In this document: positions 39,101 to 52,800 of the stretch, in pieces
Layout of the letters: each line of letters opens with the position of its first letter
How positions within the stretch are numbered: position 1 is the first letter of the stretch
From: Vicugna vicugna
Lineage: Eukaryota
DNA length: 64,000 nucleotides
Assembly (NCBI GenBank): GCA_013265495.1
Contig: MU058206.1
Location: 62,001 to 126,000 of the forward strand
Direction: 5' to 3'
Made by a program: the position numbers and the translations under genes
The notes under the pieces: generated by a model
Seen by the model: only the letters and a program-made list of their open reading frames with translations
Told to the model about the DNA's origin: nothing
Database searches by the model: none

Positions 39101-39782
39101 ACTGTCGCTCGAGTTGTGTGACCTGATGCATGTCCCTCTGAGTTTCAACTTCTCTCATCTATCAGATGGGAAGATGCTAGCTACCTATCACTTGTCCTAC
39201 CAAACTCATCAAGGTGTTGGCAAGTTCAAATGAGATACTGTGTATGAAGGTTTGCCGAAAACCCAGACGTGCAGAATCAATGCAGTTACCTAAGAGACAA
39301 TATGGGCAGAGGAGACCCTGTGTACGTCCGTGCTGATATGCAAAGTGAGGACTCAGGAGGCCCGGGACAGCAGCCAGAACTCGGAGAACTGGGCACTTGC
39401 TGACATAGGTGACACTTAGGAGGAAACTGAGAAGTGCAATGGAGTGGCTTCTCATGAGGAAACCCTGTCTTTGATTATATTGATAATGGGTCATATCTAC
39501 TCCATTCTAGGGATGGCAAGATAAATGAAAACTGGAAAACTGGCAAAGGCTAAAGTCACTGAAGGGAAATAGAAGGTGAAATACTTTAAGTATCCATCTA
39601 AGGTGTCAAATAATACACACCTTGGCCTCATGGCCAGGGTACCCCACGGTCCTGTCCCACACTGGTGTAGGAAAGGCAGAGAAGCCCCGGAGCATTCTTC
39701 GAGCTCACTGGGAATTCAGACATTAATTCTTCTGAAAACACATCCAGTCAGTGATAGAACCAGTCAGAGAGAATAATTTCCC

Positions 39783-39788
39783 TTTATT
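39783..39788 (-). other. Likely main SPOP polyadenylation signal (3' UTR ~39765-41292)
   Basis: TTTATT on + is AATAAA on -, ~1.5 kb after the stop, with GT/T-rich sequence downstream. A proximal AATAAA also lies at 41133-41138. Confidence 0.65.
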
Positions 39789-40371
39789 GAATCTCCACAT
39801 TCATGTCCCCTTGATATTTTTATATTTAGCTAAGGAGAAGGGAGATCGGGAGTTAGGTCTTAAAACACGTAGGGTGCAGCAAAGCCCAATTCCATTACCT
39901 GCGCTGGCAGCAGGAGCCTGACCCCTCATTAGGATGTGGGCTGTGAGAGCCTCAAGAAGGACAAGGGACTGGTGATCGCTGGTAGCTCACAAAGGAAACT
40001 CGAGATTCGGGAGATGCAATAAATCCCTGCTGCCTAGACATTTTGAGCATAATCTCTGCCGGATCAAGGATCAAACGAGGCCTTCAAAATCCCTTAAGAA
40101 CTCAGACCCAAAAGACAAGACAGGTGAGTGAAACAAAAGACCAGAGATACCACACAGTACAAAATAGTAATTATTTATATTTTCAAAAAGAAAAAAAAAT
40201 TAACATTTGGAAGTTCTCCCCTGCAGGAAGGGGGCAAATTGGAAGGAACAGGACTGGCTCCTTTGCAGGCGGCAAGTCAGGTACGGACAGCTGAGCAATC
40301 TGGGCTGGGAGTTTTTTCATACAGCATTAATAATAAAATTTCCTTTTCTCTTCTTTTTGCTGTTTTTGTTT

Positions 40372-40397
40372 TGTGTGTGTGTGTGTGTGTGTGTGTG
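40372..40397. repeat. (TG)n/(CA)n microsatellite in the SPOP 3' UTR
   Basis: Direct read, flanked by T runs. Confidence 0.95.
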
Positions 40398-41292
40398 TTT
40401 TGTTTTTTTTTTTTTAGAAAAGGGTGGGGGGAGAAGAAATAAAATCAGAGAAAAATGCCAAAAAACATTTTCCACAATATCTAAAAACAGAGAACCATAG
40501 TTCTTGTCAAGACAGTATGAATTCTGGATGAATTATTTTTTCCAGTTTTCAACACCAATAAAGATTTTTTTTGCAAAAGCGACCACATCAGAATATTCAT
40601 CTTCTGGATCAAATAACCTCCTTCCCCTTTCACCTCCGCTTGTCATTTTTCATAAAAGGATAACAGGACGTCTGCTGTTCTTGCAAACAATAAGTGCTAA
40701 CAAGAGAGATCTTCTGATACTTGCATGGTGGTGAGGAGTTTTCACAAATATCCAAGTTTTAGCACAGTTGGATGGACTAAAATTTCTCTCAACATAAATA
40801 CTACTGGTACTGGAATCCACAAATTGATTTTTGGGAAATTCTGCAAAAATCCTTTCTTCTTTCCTTTTCCCTTCTCTTAAAACTAAATGTCCTTTTTAAA
40901 TTTTCTTTTTGCTCCAGGCACCTGATGATTTGTTCTGCTCAGTCAGATGCAGACAGGTTTCTCCAAAGTACCACCGCGGGGATGTCCTCAAGGCCAGCGC
41001 CTAAGCTGAATCCCCACAGTATCAAACTCGGCCAGGCCAGGGGAACACAGTGACGCAGCAACAGGGTTTTCATTAGGTTGAACAGCCCCGAGTCCCGGCC
41101 CCTTCCCTTCCCCCACCCCCATTTCCCCCAAGTTTATTTAGTGCTGTTTTAAAAGTCTGGGGCTACAATGCAGTCTTTTCCCCCCACAACAGAGTAAAAG
41201 CTCCACAGATTGCGCTGTCTACCTGGTGGTCAGTGCAGCAACGGTGGCTGCTGCTTCTGGAAAACGAACGGAGTCTTAAAACAGGCAGGACC

Positions 41293-41487
<195 letters not shown>

Positions 41488-41951
41488 CTAAACAGCCTAA
41501 TTTCCCAGAGTCTGCTGTAACGGGTGTCAGTGCAAGAAACACTCAGACAGAACCCTTGATACGCATGAGAATTTGTTTGTTGGACAGTGTGCAGACAGGT
41601 GACCAAGTTATGGCTGTCGTAACTGCAAACCAGGACTCTGAGCCACTACAGTCTCAAATACAAAACATGACATGTTCCACAGGCTCATGTACATCATCCG
41701 TGCTCTTTAAACGTACGCCCTGGTGACGCCACTGAAGAGAGAGAGGGGTTCTCTGGGTCAGACAGCTCTGAGCTGCCGTCCGGCTTTGCCATTTACTAGT
41801 CCCATAACCACAAAGCAGATCATAGCCTGGGGCCTGCTTGATTATCAAAAAAGAGGATAATAACCACACTTCACTGAATGGTTAACATCTAAAAAGCACC
41901 AAGCAAGCGTCCAGCACTGAGTGAACACTCACTACAAGGAACATTACGCCT

Positions 41952-42085
41952 GGGGTGGGGGAGGGTATAGCTCAGTGGTAGAGTGCGTGCCTAGCATGCA
42001 CAAAGGTCCTGGGTTCAATCCCCAGTACCTCCACTAAACCAAATAAACAAAAAACCACCTAATTACCCCCCCCCCCAATAAAAAG
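41952..42085 (+). mobile_element. tRNA-derived SINE (Vic-1-like) in the last SPOP intron
   Basis: Intact head, imperfect TSD AAGGAACATTACGCCT / AAGAAACATTTTGCCT. Confidence 0.9.
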
Positions 42086-42868
42086 AAACATTTTGCCTCA
42101 ATAGGTAACTTCTTCGAAACAATCTCACAAACGGACTTAGAGGACACTGTTTCCTGTTTCAGGGCATTTTCGGTGTTGAATAATGTTCACTCATCTACCG
42201 TGCAACCTCTTAGACCGGTCTCACCCCAGAAGTGCTGTTGTGAGGGCTTCATAAGGCCTGCTCTCCTCCTGGGGCTTTTTCCAACTTTCACTCCCCATCA
42301 GGCAAAGGAGTAGAACACATCCCACTGAGAATTATTTCAGAAAGTGATATGGCCAGGTCACTTGTCAATCAGGATGAAGGAACAGATCTACTGGAATGAA
42401 CATTTCTCTCTCAAAACAGTATTTAATGACCTCATCGACTGACTTATTATGCCTTCTCTTTGCTCCATTCTGCAATCGACTGTTGGACAATTTTATTAAC
42501 TCATAACAATCATACTTCTGTTCCCCAGACATCTATATGTCTTTTTTTTAAGCCAGTGACTGTGAAGTAAAGGTGCTATCATCTTAGGGTACACAGCTTT
42601 TTCAGGCCAAAAAGTTATCATTTTCATCAATTTCAACCCTACAAGGTAGTAGAACACCTCACCCACCAACCAGATTAGACTGATGTTAATTTAAGGAAAA
42701 CCATTTTCCAGATTGTCAAGCCGAAGGGAAAAAATGATTAACTCTCTACTTACTTCTAAAAGGTTAATGAAGCTGCTTGCCTGTTTTACTCACTAATTCA
42801 AAGTCTTTCTCATTTATTTTTCTAGCTCTCCCAACTATACTGAAAGAACTTTGAAGATGCCAACTCAC

Positions 42869-43011
42869 TAGTTGATGAAATCCACTGCCTGAGTTTTCAA
42901 CTGATCTGCACTGTGGAGGTCAGCCAGGATGAGAATTTCTGCGGCGTTCTCCACGGAGAGGTTACTGCAGAGGGCATCCTCACACATGACCTTTAAACGC
43001 TCCAAGGCATA
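42869..43011 (-). CDS. SPOP: SPOP coding exon 8 (3-box/[51 protein letters not shown])
   Basis: 143 nt, TTTTACAG| acceptor, TA|GTGAGT donor; read manually. Confidence 0.96.
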
Positions 43012-46000
43012 CTGTAAAACACAAGCACTGCTGTCGTCAGGGCAGGAATGGCTCTGGGCTGACTGCTACTGAAGCTGTTTTCTTCAGCAGCACCGTCACG
43101 TAACTGGATACCGGAACAAAACTGCACAGACCATGAAAAGGCTACGGCTGCAATTACAAAACATAACCATACTCTGAAGGCCGACATGAAGACACCTAAA
43201 ATAACCTGCAGAGCTGCCATTCAAGTGCTAAAGTCTATTAGAAAAACAGCAATTACAGAACAGATCCACGTCTCCAAGTTTTATCTACCCTGACTATGAT
43301 GGAAGTGTTTTCTTAAACCGTCACTACCTACCCTTACAATGAGGCATCACTCTGCTTCAAGTCATCAGGGACATCACATTCTAAATTTCTGCAGTCCTTT
43401 TATTTAGAGCCAGACTAGGGTGAAGCACAGTCCTTTCTACTTAAGCACTGTCTAGTGTCACCAGCCCGGCAGGGTATTCCAACTGCCCATCAGGCTGTAA
43501 AAGGGAGCCCCGTGGTGACTTTCACCAGCATCTCTGCCACTAGTTGTTCCTGAATGAGGGTCAACCAAAGGCCTCCTTTTCAACAGAAAAGGATAAATAG
43601 AGACCGATTTTATTGGCGTTGAGGTTAGGATTCTTAGAGTAAAAGAACAAAGCAACAGAGACCCTGGATCCAGTTTCAGTCTAAAAACTTCCTATTTTCC
43701 TAGTAAAGGGTTCTATATGCTCTGGAAACAAAGGTCCAGGTTAATACTGGGCACATTGGATCTAGCTGATTTGTTTTGACGCAACTGTACTACTTGCTCT
43801 CAGATATATTATGAACTTACTAAGTAACTTTTTAGGGATAAGGAGGAAGAAGGGATAAAAGAAGGCACAAAATAAAATGTCATAATTAGTTCACAGGAGA
43901 AGGGTCTGCTCTGAGGGTGCCCACAGTCTCCGTATAGGTACCATCCTGGGAGCCTCAGAACTCAGTGACACAATTCTCCTCCAGGCTGAATCATGACACT
44001 CAAACCAGGACAATTTTATTTTTATGAATTCTGGGTGAGGAGGCATATCTGCTGGCACCGCGATCTCCTGCAGCAGAAAGAGAGTTTTATTGGTTTCGGT
44101 GCAGCTTTAATTTTTTTACATTTGAGTAACTGGAAAATAGTTTCCATGGAAAACAGGAATGACAGTAGACAAGCAAGAAAGTAGGCTGCCGTTTTTGTTT
44201 TAAAAGGCTGGAAAAGGTTGAGTAAATGTTCAGTCTTTATCCCGCACTGCACAGAATATTCATCTTATCTTTTCTCAATTCATTCTTTTAAAAGGACTTT
44301 TACTGCGAATAGCTCTGATCCCTACTGCATAATTAGACAAAAGTAGCCATTTTTCTCCCTTGGGGACAAAGTTTTTTTTCTTAATTATGCTTCTGAAAAA
44401 CCTGTCTAATGGCAGTACTTACCCCAGAGATTGAAACTGTGTCTCCCAGGCCTGGGCAATGTGTTTTGTTTTGTTTTTGGTCTAATTACGCATGTCCCCA
44501 GGAGACTGGAAAAGCTCAGAAGAAGCTGTTTTAGCCTCTTGGGTGAATTCTAGATGTTTAGATCCTTCCATAAAAAATTTCTTGTTCTGTTTTCCTGAAG
44601 CTCACCAAAAGGTGTAAAGGTAAAAATGTTTCAAATAAGCTTACAGCAAAGACTAACGGGAAATTCTGAATGGAATTTGAAAATGCGCCCTTCAGTTACT
44701 TCTCATTCATAAATTTAAAGCACTATTGTGATTCACATGCTACATCTTTTAAAAAGTAAGTTAAGACATTGTACTGAAAAATACCATCCCTGGAATGTCA
44801 GTTCAGGCTGGTCCCCATACTGTGTACGTACGGTAGGTTCTCAGCAGGTTCTCTGAGGAGCAGTGTTTAGCCCTGGCTCTGAGACGACCCAACTCTGAGC
44901 CTTACTATTTCTGTCTGAAAACTGGACCTTATGGTACTACTCATCCTTATGGGAGCTAGAAGATGAGGCGGATAAATGCCTGGTATGCATAATTACAAGT
45001 GACTGCTTCACTGAAAATCAGACAGCGGGATGAGGCAGAATCATTATAAACTCATGTTTATAAAAAGCAAGCATTAGGCTGTGTCTTCTACTTCCTCGGA
45101 ATTCGCAGTGAGATTTTTCTTACTGTCTCCACTGAAACCAACTTTACTGTCTCAGAACTGAGCTAGACTGGAAGCGTGTAGGATGTTCGCTTTGCTTCAC
45201 TGTACTAATAAAGTCCTGAAAGGTGATAAAAAGGACACAGCTATCATTCAATCCTTTTCACCTGTAGCACTGTAGCACTGACTGGGTTTACATGCCTCAT
45301 CCTCTACAAACACTCCAAAAAGCTGATCAATAAAGATAAAACCTCCACTGTAAACACAGATACTTTCCCCCTCCTCAGGGGTGCAAAGGGAGGAGGAAGG
45401 AGACTACTCCTGGGGGCGAATCTCAGGAAGGCTCTGGTGCCCTTAGTTCAGAGCCAGCTTTGACCCGCAGATGTGGGCTGCAGCATCACGGTGGGAAGAG
45501 GAGGCACCTCCAGCAGAGAACCATCTTCCTCACAGGGTCTACTGCTGACTGGGTTTAAGCCCTTTAACCCCCTTGCCTCAACTGCTCCCCAACGTAAGAA
45601 AGATTCCATGGCATAAATAGCAATCCTTTCACCCTCCCCACCCCCAAGCTGTGTCTCCTCAGATCACAGGGCCTTGGAGGAACAGGTCACTGACCTCTTC
45701 TGGTGTACCCACATAATGAAAGTCAGTTTCCTAAAGTGTGATTTGGGGAACACTAATCCCTGGAGGTGATCCCTGAGAAAAGTGATTCCAGGATTACTTA
45801 AATAGGAGAAATTGGTCTATCATATTCTCTTCTAGGAAACTCAGTGCACACTGATAACACTAATGGTTCTCAGAAATCCTGCTGTAAAAGAGTGACACAA
45901 AAACCCCAATTTGACTTGGCTAAACTCAGTGTTTCATTAACCTCTTCCCCTCAACCTTATTTTGGGAATCCCTGGCCTGTTGTTTTAGGTAATCACCATT

Positions 46001-46204
46001 TTTCCTTGAGTCTAAGACCCACATTTTTATTTTCACACTTTAACATTTCTCAAGTTGAAAAGTGTCTCAGTCAAAGTATACACTTACTGCAGCAGCACCT
46101 CTCTTTCCCAGAGAGCTAGTCACCATCTTACAATATTGAATGTGGCATATTTCAATAACTTCTTAGGTAAAAGCTGAAAATGCTAATAACCAGGACACTC
46201 GGTA

Positions 46205-46258
46205 AAAGTCATTCTCTTATTGACAAAGTTTAAAGTCATTCACTTATTGACAAAGTTT
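46205..46258. repeat. 27-bp tandem duplication
   Basis: AAAGTCATTCTCTTATTGACAAAGTTT / AAAGTCATTCACTTATTGACAAAGTTT, one mismatch. Confidence 0.9.
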
Positions 46259-46421
46259 AAAAAGTTAATGAACTCAAGAACATTCTGTAAATTATAAAGC
46301 CAAATTATAAATTATAAATCCAAATGTTAGTATTATCTAAATCTTTAATGTAACTGTGGTTAAATTTGAGATGGTGAAGAGAAGAGAGGTAAACATCAAA
46401 CTTACCCTTCTTTTTCATATT

Positions 46422-46552
46422 TAGGGTGACCATATAATTTACCATTCAAAGCAGGACACTTTTGAAAATACAAAGGGTGCTATTAATAACTGCGTTGGAA
46501 CACAAATGTTAACCAGGACTGTTCTGGCCAAACTAAGATACACGTTCATCTC
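46422..46552. mobile_element. MER94/MER81-like hAT-Blackjack MITE
   Basis: TAGGGTGACCATATAATTTA...CAGGACACTTTTGA...GCTATTAATAA...CCAGGACTGTTCTGG. Confidence 0.7.
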
Positions 46553-46636
46553 ACCCACAAAGCAACATAGAAACCCTGTTGTGAAACTCAAGAGGTCACA
46601 AAACCCCCCAGTTTCGTAGTTATTTTTCTGCTCTTA

Positions 46637-46765
<129 letters not shown>

Positions 46766-47263
46766 CTATGCCAGAAAAATTAAAAATGAGAAACATGCCA
46801 AAGAACAAAATCCCTAAACGATTTTCGTGATTTTAAGCTCTAGTGAAGAGGAGCCTGTATCATTTTAAACCTAATATGAATGGAAAATTTCTCTTTGCCC
46901 TATTTGATTATAATAGCCTTTTCTCCCATCCTACATACCACTTTTGTTTTCTTTAGTACAACAGCAAGACAACTATAACTTTGATTTTTCACCGTTCTTT
47001 TCCTGAGTAGAAACATGTCTAATATCCTCACCCAAGACTGTATAGATGATCTGCCTAGAATAGTGAGTCTGCTTTACCTAGAATGGTGGCTTCCAGACCA
47101 CTTCTCTCTGCTCTCAGGAAGTGTCTGTCAGAGAACTATACTCCATTTTAATAGTACAATAAAGAAAAAAAATGGTCAGGAAAATAAATTTGCTGCCAAA
47201 TTGGGAAATCATCTGATTCTAGTCACTTAGCTAAAAAGACACATCTCCATTCTGTTAACATAC

Positions 47264-47319
47264 CTTTTTGCTCTCTTCCATTTCATGTTCAAACATGGCA
47301 CTAAAAACTGGGGAACGAG
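47264..47319 (-). CDS. SPOP: SPOP coding exon 6 (BTB, ARSPVFSAMFEHEMEESKK)
   Basis: 56 nt, TTTGTAG| acceptor, AAG|GTATGT donor; read manually. Confidence 0.96.
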
Positions 47320-49936
47320 CTACAAAGTGAAAAGGAAACAGGACAGACAGGGTTATCACACCAAAATCTCTTGGTTCTGTTATGAAGAAGAGATCATTTT
47401 CTTTCCTGACCCATTGCTACAGAAATGGTGTTTTATACCAAATTATACCAGAATTGGAAAATTCCTTTCTTTATATATTTACTGATAAGTGAATAATTAT
47501 AATACATACGGGAGAAAAAAGAAATCACTCCTTTCAAAATAATTTCATATTAGTTCCATTCCAAGCATTCATCTTTCAAGAAAATTACTCAAAGTACCTA
47601 TGTCAGATGACAATGGTATCCTCTGGGTAGATCTGGGGGCTCGAATGAAAGGTCCTTCATGGTCTATGAAGGGTGTCCTAATATCTGCATTTTTGCCTAG
47701 AACAATGACACCTACTCTCTCCACTTCCAGGGACCACACAGCAAGGAGGTCAAGAACAGGGCTCAGTGGCATCCACTAAACTAGATGAAGTGCAGGGTTG
47801 TTTACGGCAGGCTCTCCGTTCCTCCAAGCCCCATATTATCAACAGAGATGATAACGCCCCCAGGAGGCGAAAACAGTGAGATATCCTAATCATCTGTGGC
47901 CCTTCAAAGCTCAATGCTACCTGACAAATTCTCGTTCCTTAGTATTTAACATCTCTTAACTTTTTCCCCTGGGGTGGGACTAATGAAAGGACGTTATTCT
48001 AAGCCATGCCCATTCTAGTCTAACGAACACTATGAAAAATAAGTAAACTTAATTTCAACCATGAAATTAACAACATGGCTATGAACTCAAATTTTATCAT
48101 GCTGCCCAATAAATCAGGGGTTTTGGTAAAAGTTGAGACTACCAATCTCTACCTGAGAGGGAGAACAGATGGAACACATAGTAGGAGTTTGAGCCAACAG
48201 GTAGCTGGAACTTTGACCTAGTTGATGTAAGAAAAGACTAATTTTAGATCTGCCATCTTCTAACCACATAATCTTGGGTAAATCACTTAACCCTCTGAGC
48301 CTCAATATTTTCATCTATTCCAAAAGGATATCAATTCTCATTGTTCTTCCCTCAGAAGGGTTATACATTACAGAAGCTGAAGACTAAAGGGCTGGTGCAT
48401 ATTGTATGCCTGCAACTTACACAGTATCGTACAGTATCTACAAGTCAATAAAAAATAAAAATAAAAGGCTGGTGTTTTTAACAAAGAGGGAAGGGTCTAA
48501 AGTAGCAATAATATGCTTAGGGGGTTCAGTGCACAGATAGAAGCTGATGTTATGAAAATAAATAAAATCACCTAGGATAATAAGCAGAGTGAAAAGAGAA
48601 CGGAGGCAACCCTCAGGGAACACCAGTGTTTAAAGGGATGGGAGAAGAAGAGGGAGGCCACACACTAGAAGCAGCCAGAGGACCAGAAGAAAGGAGTCAA
48701 ATAACGTATGACCTAAAGAGTCCCTCAAGTTTACGAACCAGCAGGTTATATAACTTTGGAAAACTGCTTCTGTAGCATGAAGGCAAACTGAGGATAAGCG
48801 GGAGGAAAGGTTATAGAGAGGGAGAATATGCCAAATCAAGAAATTTAGTTCTGAAAGAAAAGAGACAATAACCAGGGGGAAAAGCTTGCAGGCTGAGGGT
48901 AAACAGGCAACAGGAGAAAGAGAGATGACAAGGGTGTAACGGGCAGAGTAAGACTTCTGAGAAGGCAGCGTGAGATGTGAAACAGAAGCAGAAAGCACAG
49001 TCTGCTCTGGACACGAGGAAGAACTCCTCCGCTAGAATGCGGGGAGAAGCAGGCGAGGTGAGAGGCAGGCACTGAGGGAGAAGGGCCTCGGTTTTCTCGT
49101 GGAAGAGTAGCAGGGCCATTTTTGGGAGGTGGAGAGTGGCAAAGGTTTGAAGTATCTATTATTGAGAAAAAGAAAGGGAGCTGACTATATATCTGCAGAA
49201 AGAGTTCTCAGCAGTGCTGAGGGCCTCGCTGGGCGTGGAGACACTAACCTAAGAGTTAATGACTTCCTTTAGCAATAGTCAGTAACATCTACATGAGAGA
49301 GGGAACGGTAAGTGCTTTAGAATGACGGAGCTGAGGGTCTTGGTAAGGAATGTGTTGTTGCCTGAAGGTTCATGTAGTTTCCCCTTACATCTCATGGCTG
49401 AATACTATGCTTTCATGTGAGGTAAGGCTCTCAGCCCTGCCTTATCACTTCCTCCTGTGTGTCAACCTCTCTGGTCTTAAAGACTAAGGGCCTATTACTA
49501 GAACAAGGTGTGATCTTCCATGTTACTGGCAACATTTTCAATCTTCTAATACATTTGTATGGAAAAGAGGGCTAAGACCTCCAGCGCTGGGGACTTGGCT
49601 ACGTGATGGTTTAGTCCTGAGTCCAGAATCCTCTCCATTACATCCTAAGTCCCTGTCTAGGGGCTGTTAACCTGCTCTTAATCAGGATTTTAAATTCTGA
49701 TCTCTAGGTGCAAAGGCATTAAATACATGTCATCATCCACTCCTTGAAAATGGTGGTCTAAGTCCACTATAGACAGAAAAAAACAGAAGTACCACTTTTA
49801 TGGAGTGTAGAATTTTTGGTTATGATAACTAATATCACTACAATATAAAAATGTTTAGTAGTAGTTTTTCTGTACTAGTTCAAAAAGTTGAAGTTATTCA
49901 AAAGATGATTATGCACCCACTGTTTTTCCTTGTTTA

Positions 49937-50185
<249 letters not shown>

Positions 50186-52696
50186 TTACCAGGATTTTTC
50201 TTCCCAGCAGGAGGAGAGATGAGTTTTACCTTGTTGTTACAATACATTCAGATACTGATGTTAGTCATATTCTCTTGAAACCACCTCCACAAATCAAGGC
50301 TTTATCCTCCAGATCAAATAATTTCCAAACTATCACAATCACACTTATTCTACACCATCTCAGGACAATGAGGAGAGCGCCCCACAAATCTCCTTCTCCT
50401 CCAAACTTCTAATAAGCTCTGCCTCCTCTGCCCTGAAAACCTAGGCCAAACCACCAGAGGGAAAAAACAGACAGAAACAAATATTAAAACTCAAGTATTC
50501 ACCTTATGAATATGCCTTAAGCAAAAAGTTATTTACAAAGAACTCCTATAGAAACTACCATTTAAATTAAACTCTCTAGAGAAAAGAATCTAATAAGGCT
50601 AAAAGCACTTCACTTATTTCAGTTAAGTCTGGAACATAAGAATAAAATGCAGCTTCTATAGGTCCTGGTGAATATTTGGCACCTCCTCACAAGTGCTAGT
50701 TTAATGAACAGGACTGGGCTTGGAAGATTTTGGATAGTGGTTACTGGGTGGGTATCCCACACACTTACATCCTCACTCAGCCATTTGTGACAATGACATA
50801 TAAGACGACTGGCTCCAGCTAGACATGCACTTATTACAGCTTTGGAACAGAATGATTACAAAGGGTTTAGAGTGGAATTCAACTTGCCACTTGGCTTCAA
50901 GCAGCAGCATGTTTTACCGGTTGAATTAACTGTTTGGTCTAGATAAAAACCCAGGTAACTTTTGGGTGGGTCAGTGAAACTGAGATGAATATGCTAGGAT
51001 ATGAAATAAAAGGGTTTATAAACCATACAACATTATAAAATAAATGTAAATCACCAGACTGAAGAAAAGACCCAACAGATCAGTCTTCTGCTTAACAACC
51101 CTTGCTGTTTCCTCTCCTACATCATATTAGGTTGAAGCATTAAAATCAAAGCAGAATTCACAAACCTTGAGAATCAGCTCCCTATTCTTGCTGTTCCTAT
51201 GAGTTAGATGAAGAAGATAGCTTAGGAACATCCTAAATGACCCAAATCTCTTTTAACCTTCAAGATGCAAGTCATCCCTTAAATGCAGTCATAAACCCAG
51301 AGGGAAAGTTAATGCCCCATCCAAATGACCTGCAGCCTCTTCTGTGTAGGAGTCAGATATTTACTATCAGGTCAAGAAGTTTATTCATTTGTTTAAAACT
51401 AGCTGTTACGGTCTTAAGCAATGAAGCAGCCAAGTTAATCAATTATGAATGTGCTTAGCAACAGTAGCACATTTATCAGAGCCAGAGTATAACATTATTT
51501 TAATAGCTCAGGACCCAACACAAACCACCCCACAGAGACTGTCCTGTGTAGATCTCTAATTTGGTTCAGTCACTTTCTTGTATTAACATCCTCACTTCTT
51601 TGATATAATATTAATATCAAAAGTAGAAGGTGCCTATTTCCAGCTGTAGCTTCAAAATATTGCAGATTAAAAAAAAAAAACCAACAACCAAGGAAAAGAC
51701 CAATTAAACCCAACCTCCTCATAGGGAAAGGCAGGAACCTCTTGGGATGGCCAATGAAGGGAATGGAGAAAGCTTTTGGCACTGGGTTCCTAAGCTTGAA
51801 TTAAACCAGGTTGACAGGAGCCCAAAGTCATTAACACTTGATGACAATTAACTAAATGGGGTAAAATGAACTGGCGAGAGCTAAGATAAATTTCAAACAG
51901 TTGTTACTAGTGAACCCTGTGCTAGTTATATGTGCACTTGGTAATGAGTGAGGCCCAAAGACTGTGACTCTTCTCACTGGGGCAATTCCTCTCTCTAGGC
52001 ACAGACAGGAACACAGCGGGAAGGAGAATGTACCTTTACTGTCTGAGCCAGGCTTGTTCTGCAGATATATGGATGCCTGGAGTCTCCAGAGCTCTGAACG
52101 TCTGGCACCTCTTACCAACATTAAATACGCTTAATTAAAAATAAATTTTAAATGGCATTCACAAATGAGTCTTCAGAGCCCAAACTTTTAACTTAGAAAG
52201 GGATTGTTTTCCTCTGCAAATGATGATGCTAAGACGATACCATTTTGAGAAAAACTAAAGATTTTTTTAATGCCTATCAAGTTGACTATAGAGACTCATT
52301 CAGAATTGCAGCTGTGAAGATGACGTGACTGTGACATTTATGTCATCTTGGAAATGACTGCATGAAAATGTCTCAGGAAGGCAGTATAACCCTCTAAATT
52401 TCAAGTTGTAAAATGGCCTCACTTTTAAACTCAATTCCTTTTCTTAAAAAATTTCATAAAAGATATAAAATTTCATAAAAGATTGTGCCATTTCTTGTGT
52501 ATTTTGTCTAAACATAAAAAGTCAAGATAAAACCAATGGAAATATATTTCTAAATTCTATATAATTAAAACAATCAAGAAAAGATAAACAGACTGTATAC
52601 AGATTGTCTATGGCAGCAGCACTATTTCTAATCAAGAGACTAGTAACAATCTAAACGTCCATCAGCAAGGGAATGAATAAACTGATCAACTGTTGT

Positions 52697-52800
52697 TGAA
52701 TATACGTATGTATATGCATGACTGGGACACTGTGCTGTACACCAGAAACTGACACATTGTAACTGACTGTACTTTAGTAATTAAAAAAACAAAAACAAAA
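52697..52800 (+). mobile_element. Young, severely 5'-truncated L1 3' end nested in an older L1M fragment (~52600-53180)
   Basis: TGTGCTGTACACCAGAAACTGACACATTGTAACTGACTGTACTT plus A tail; perfect TSD AACTGTTGT at 52688-52696 and 52801-52809. Confidence 0.85.
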
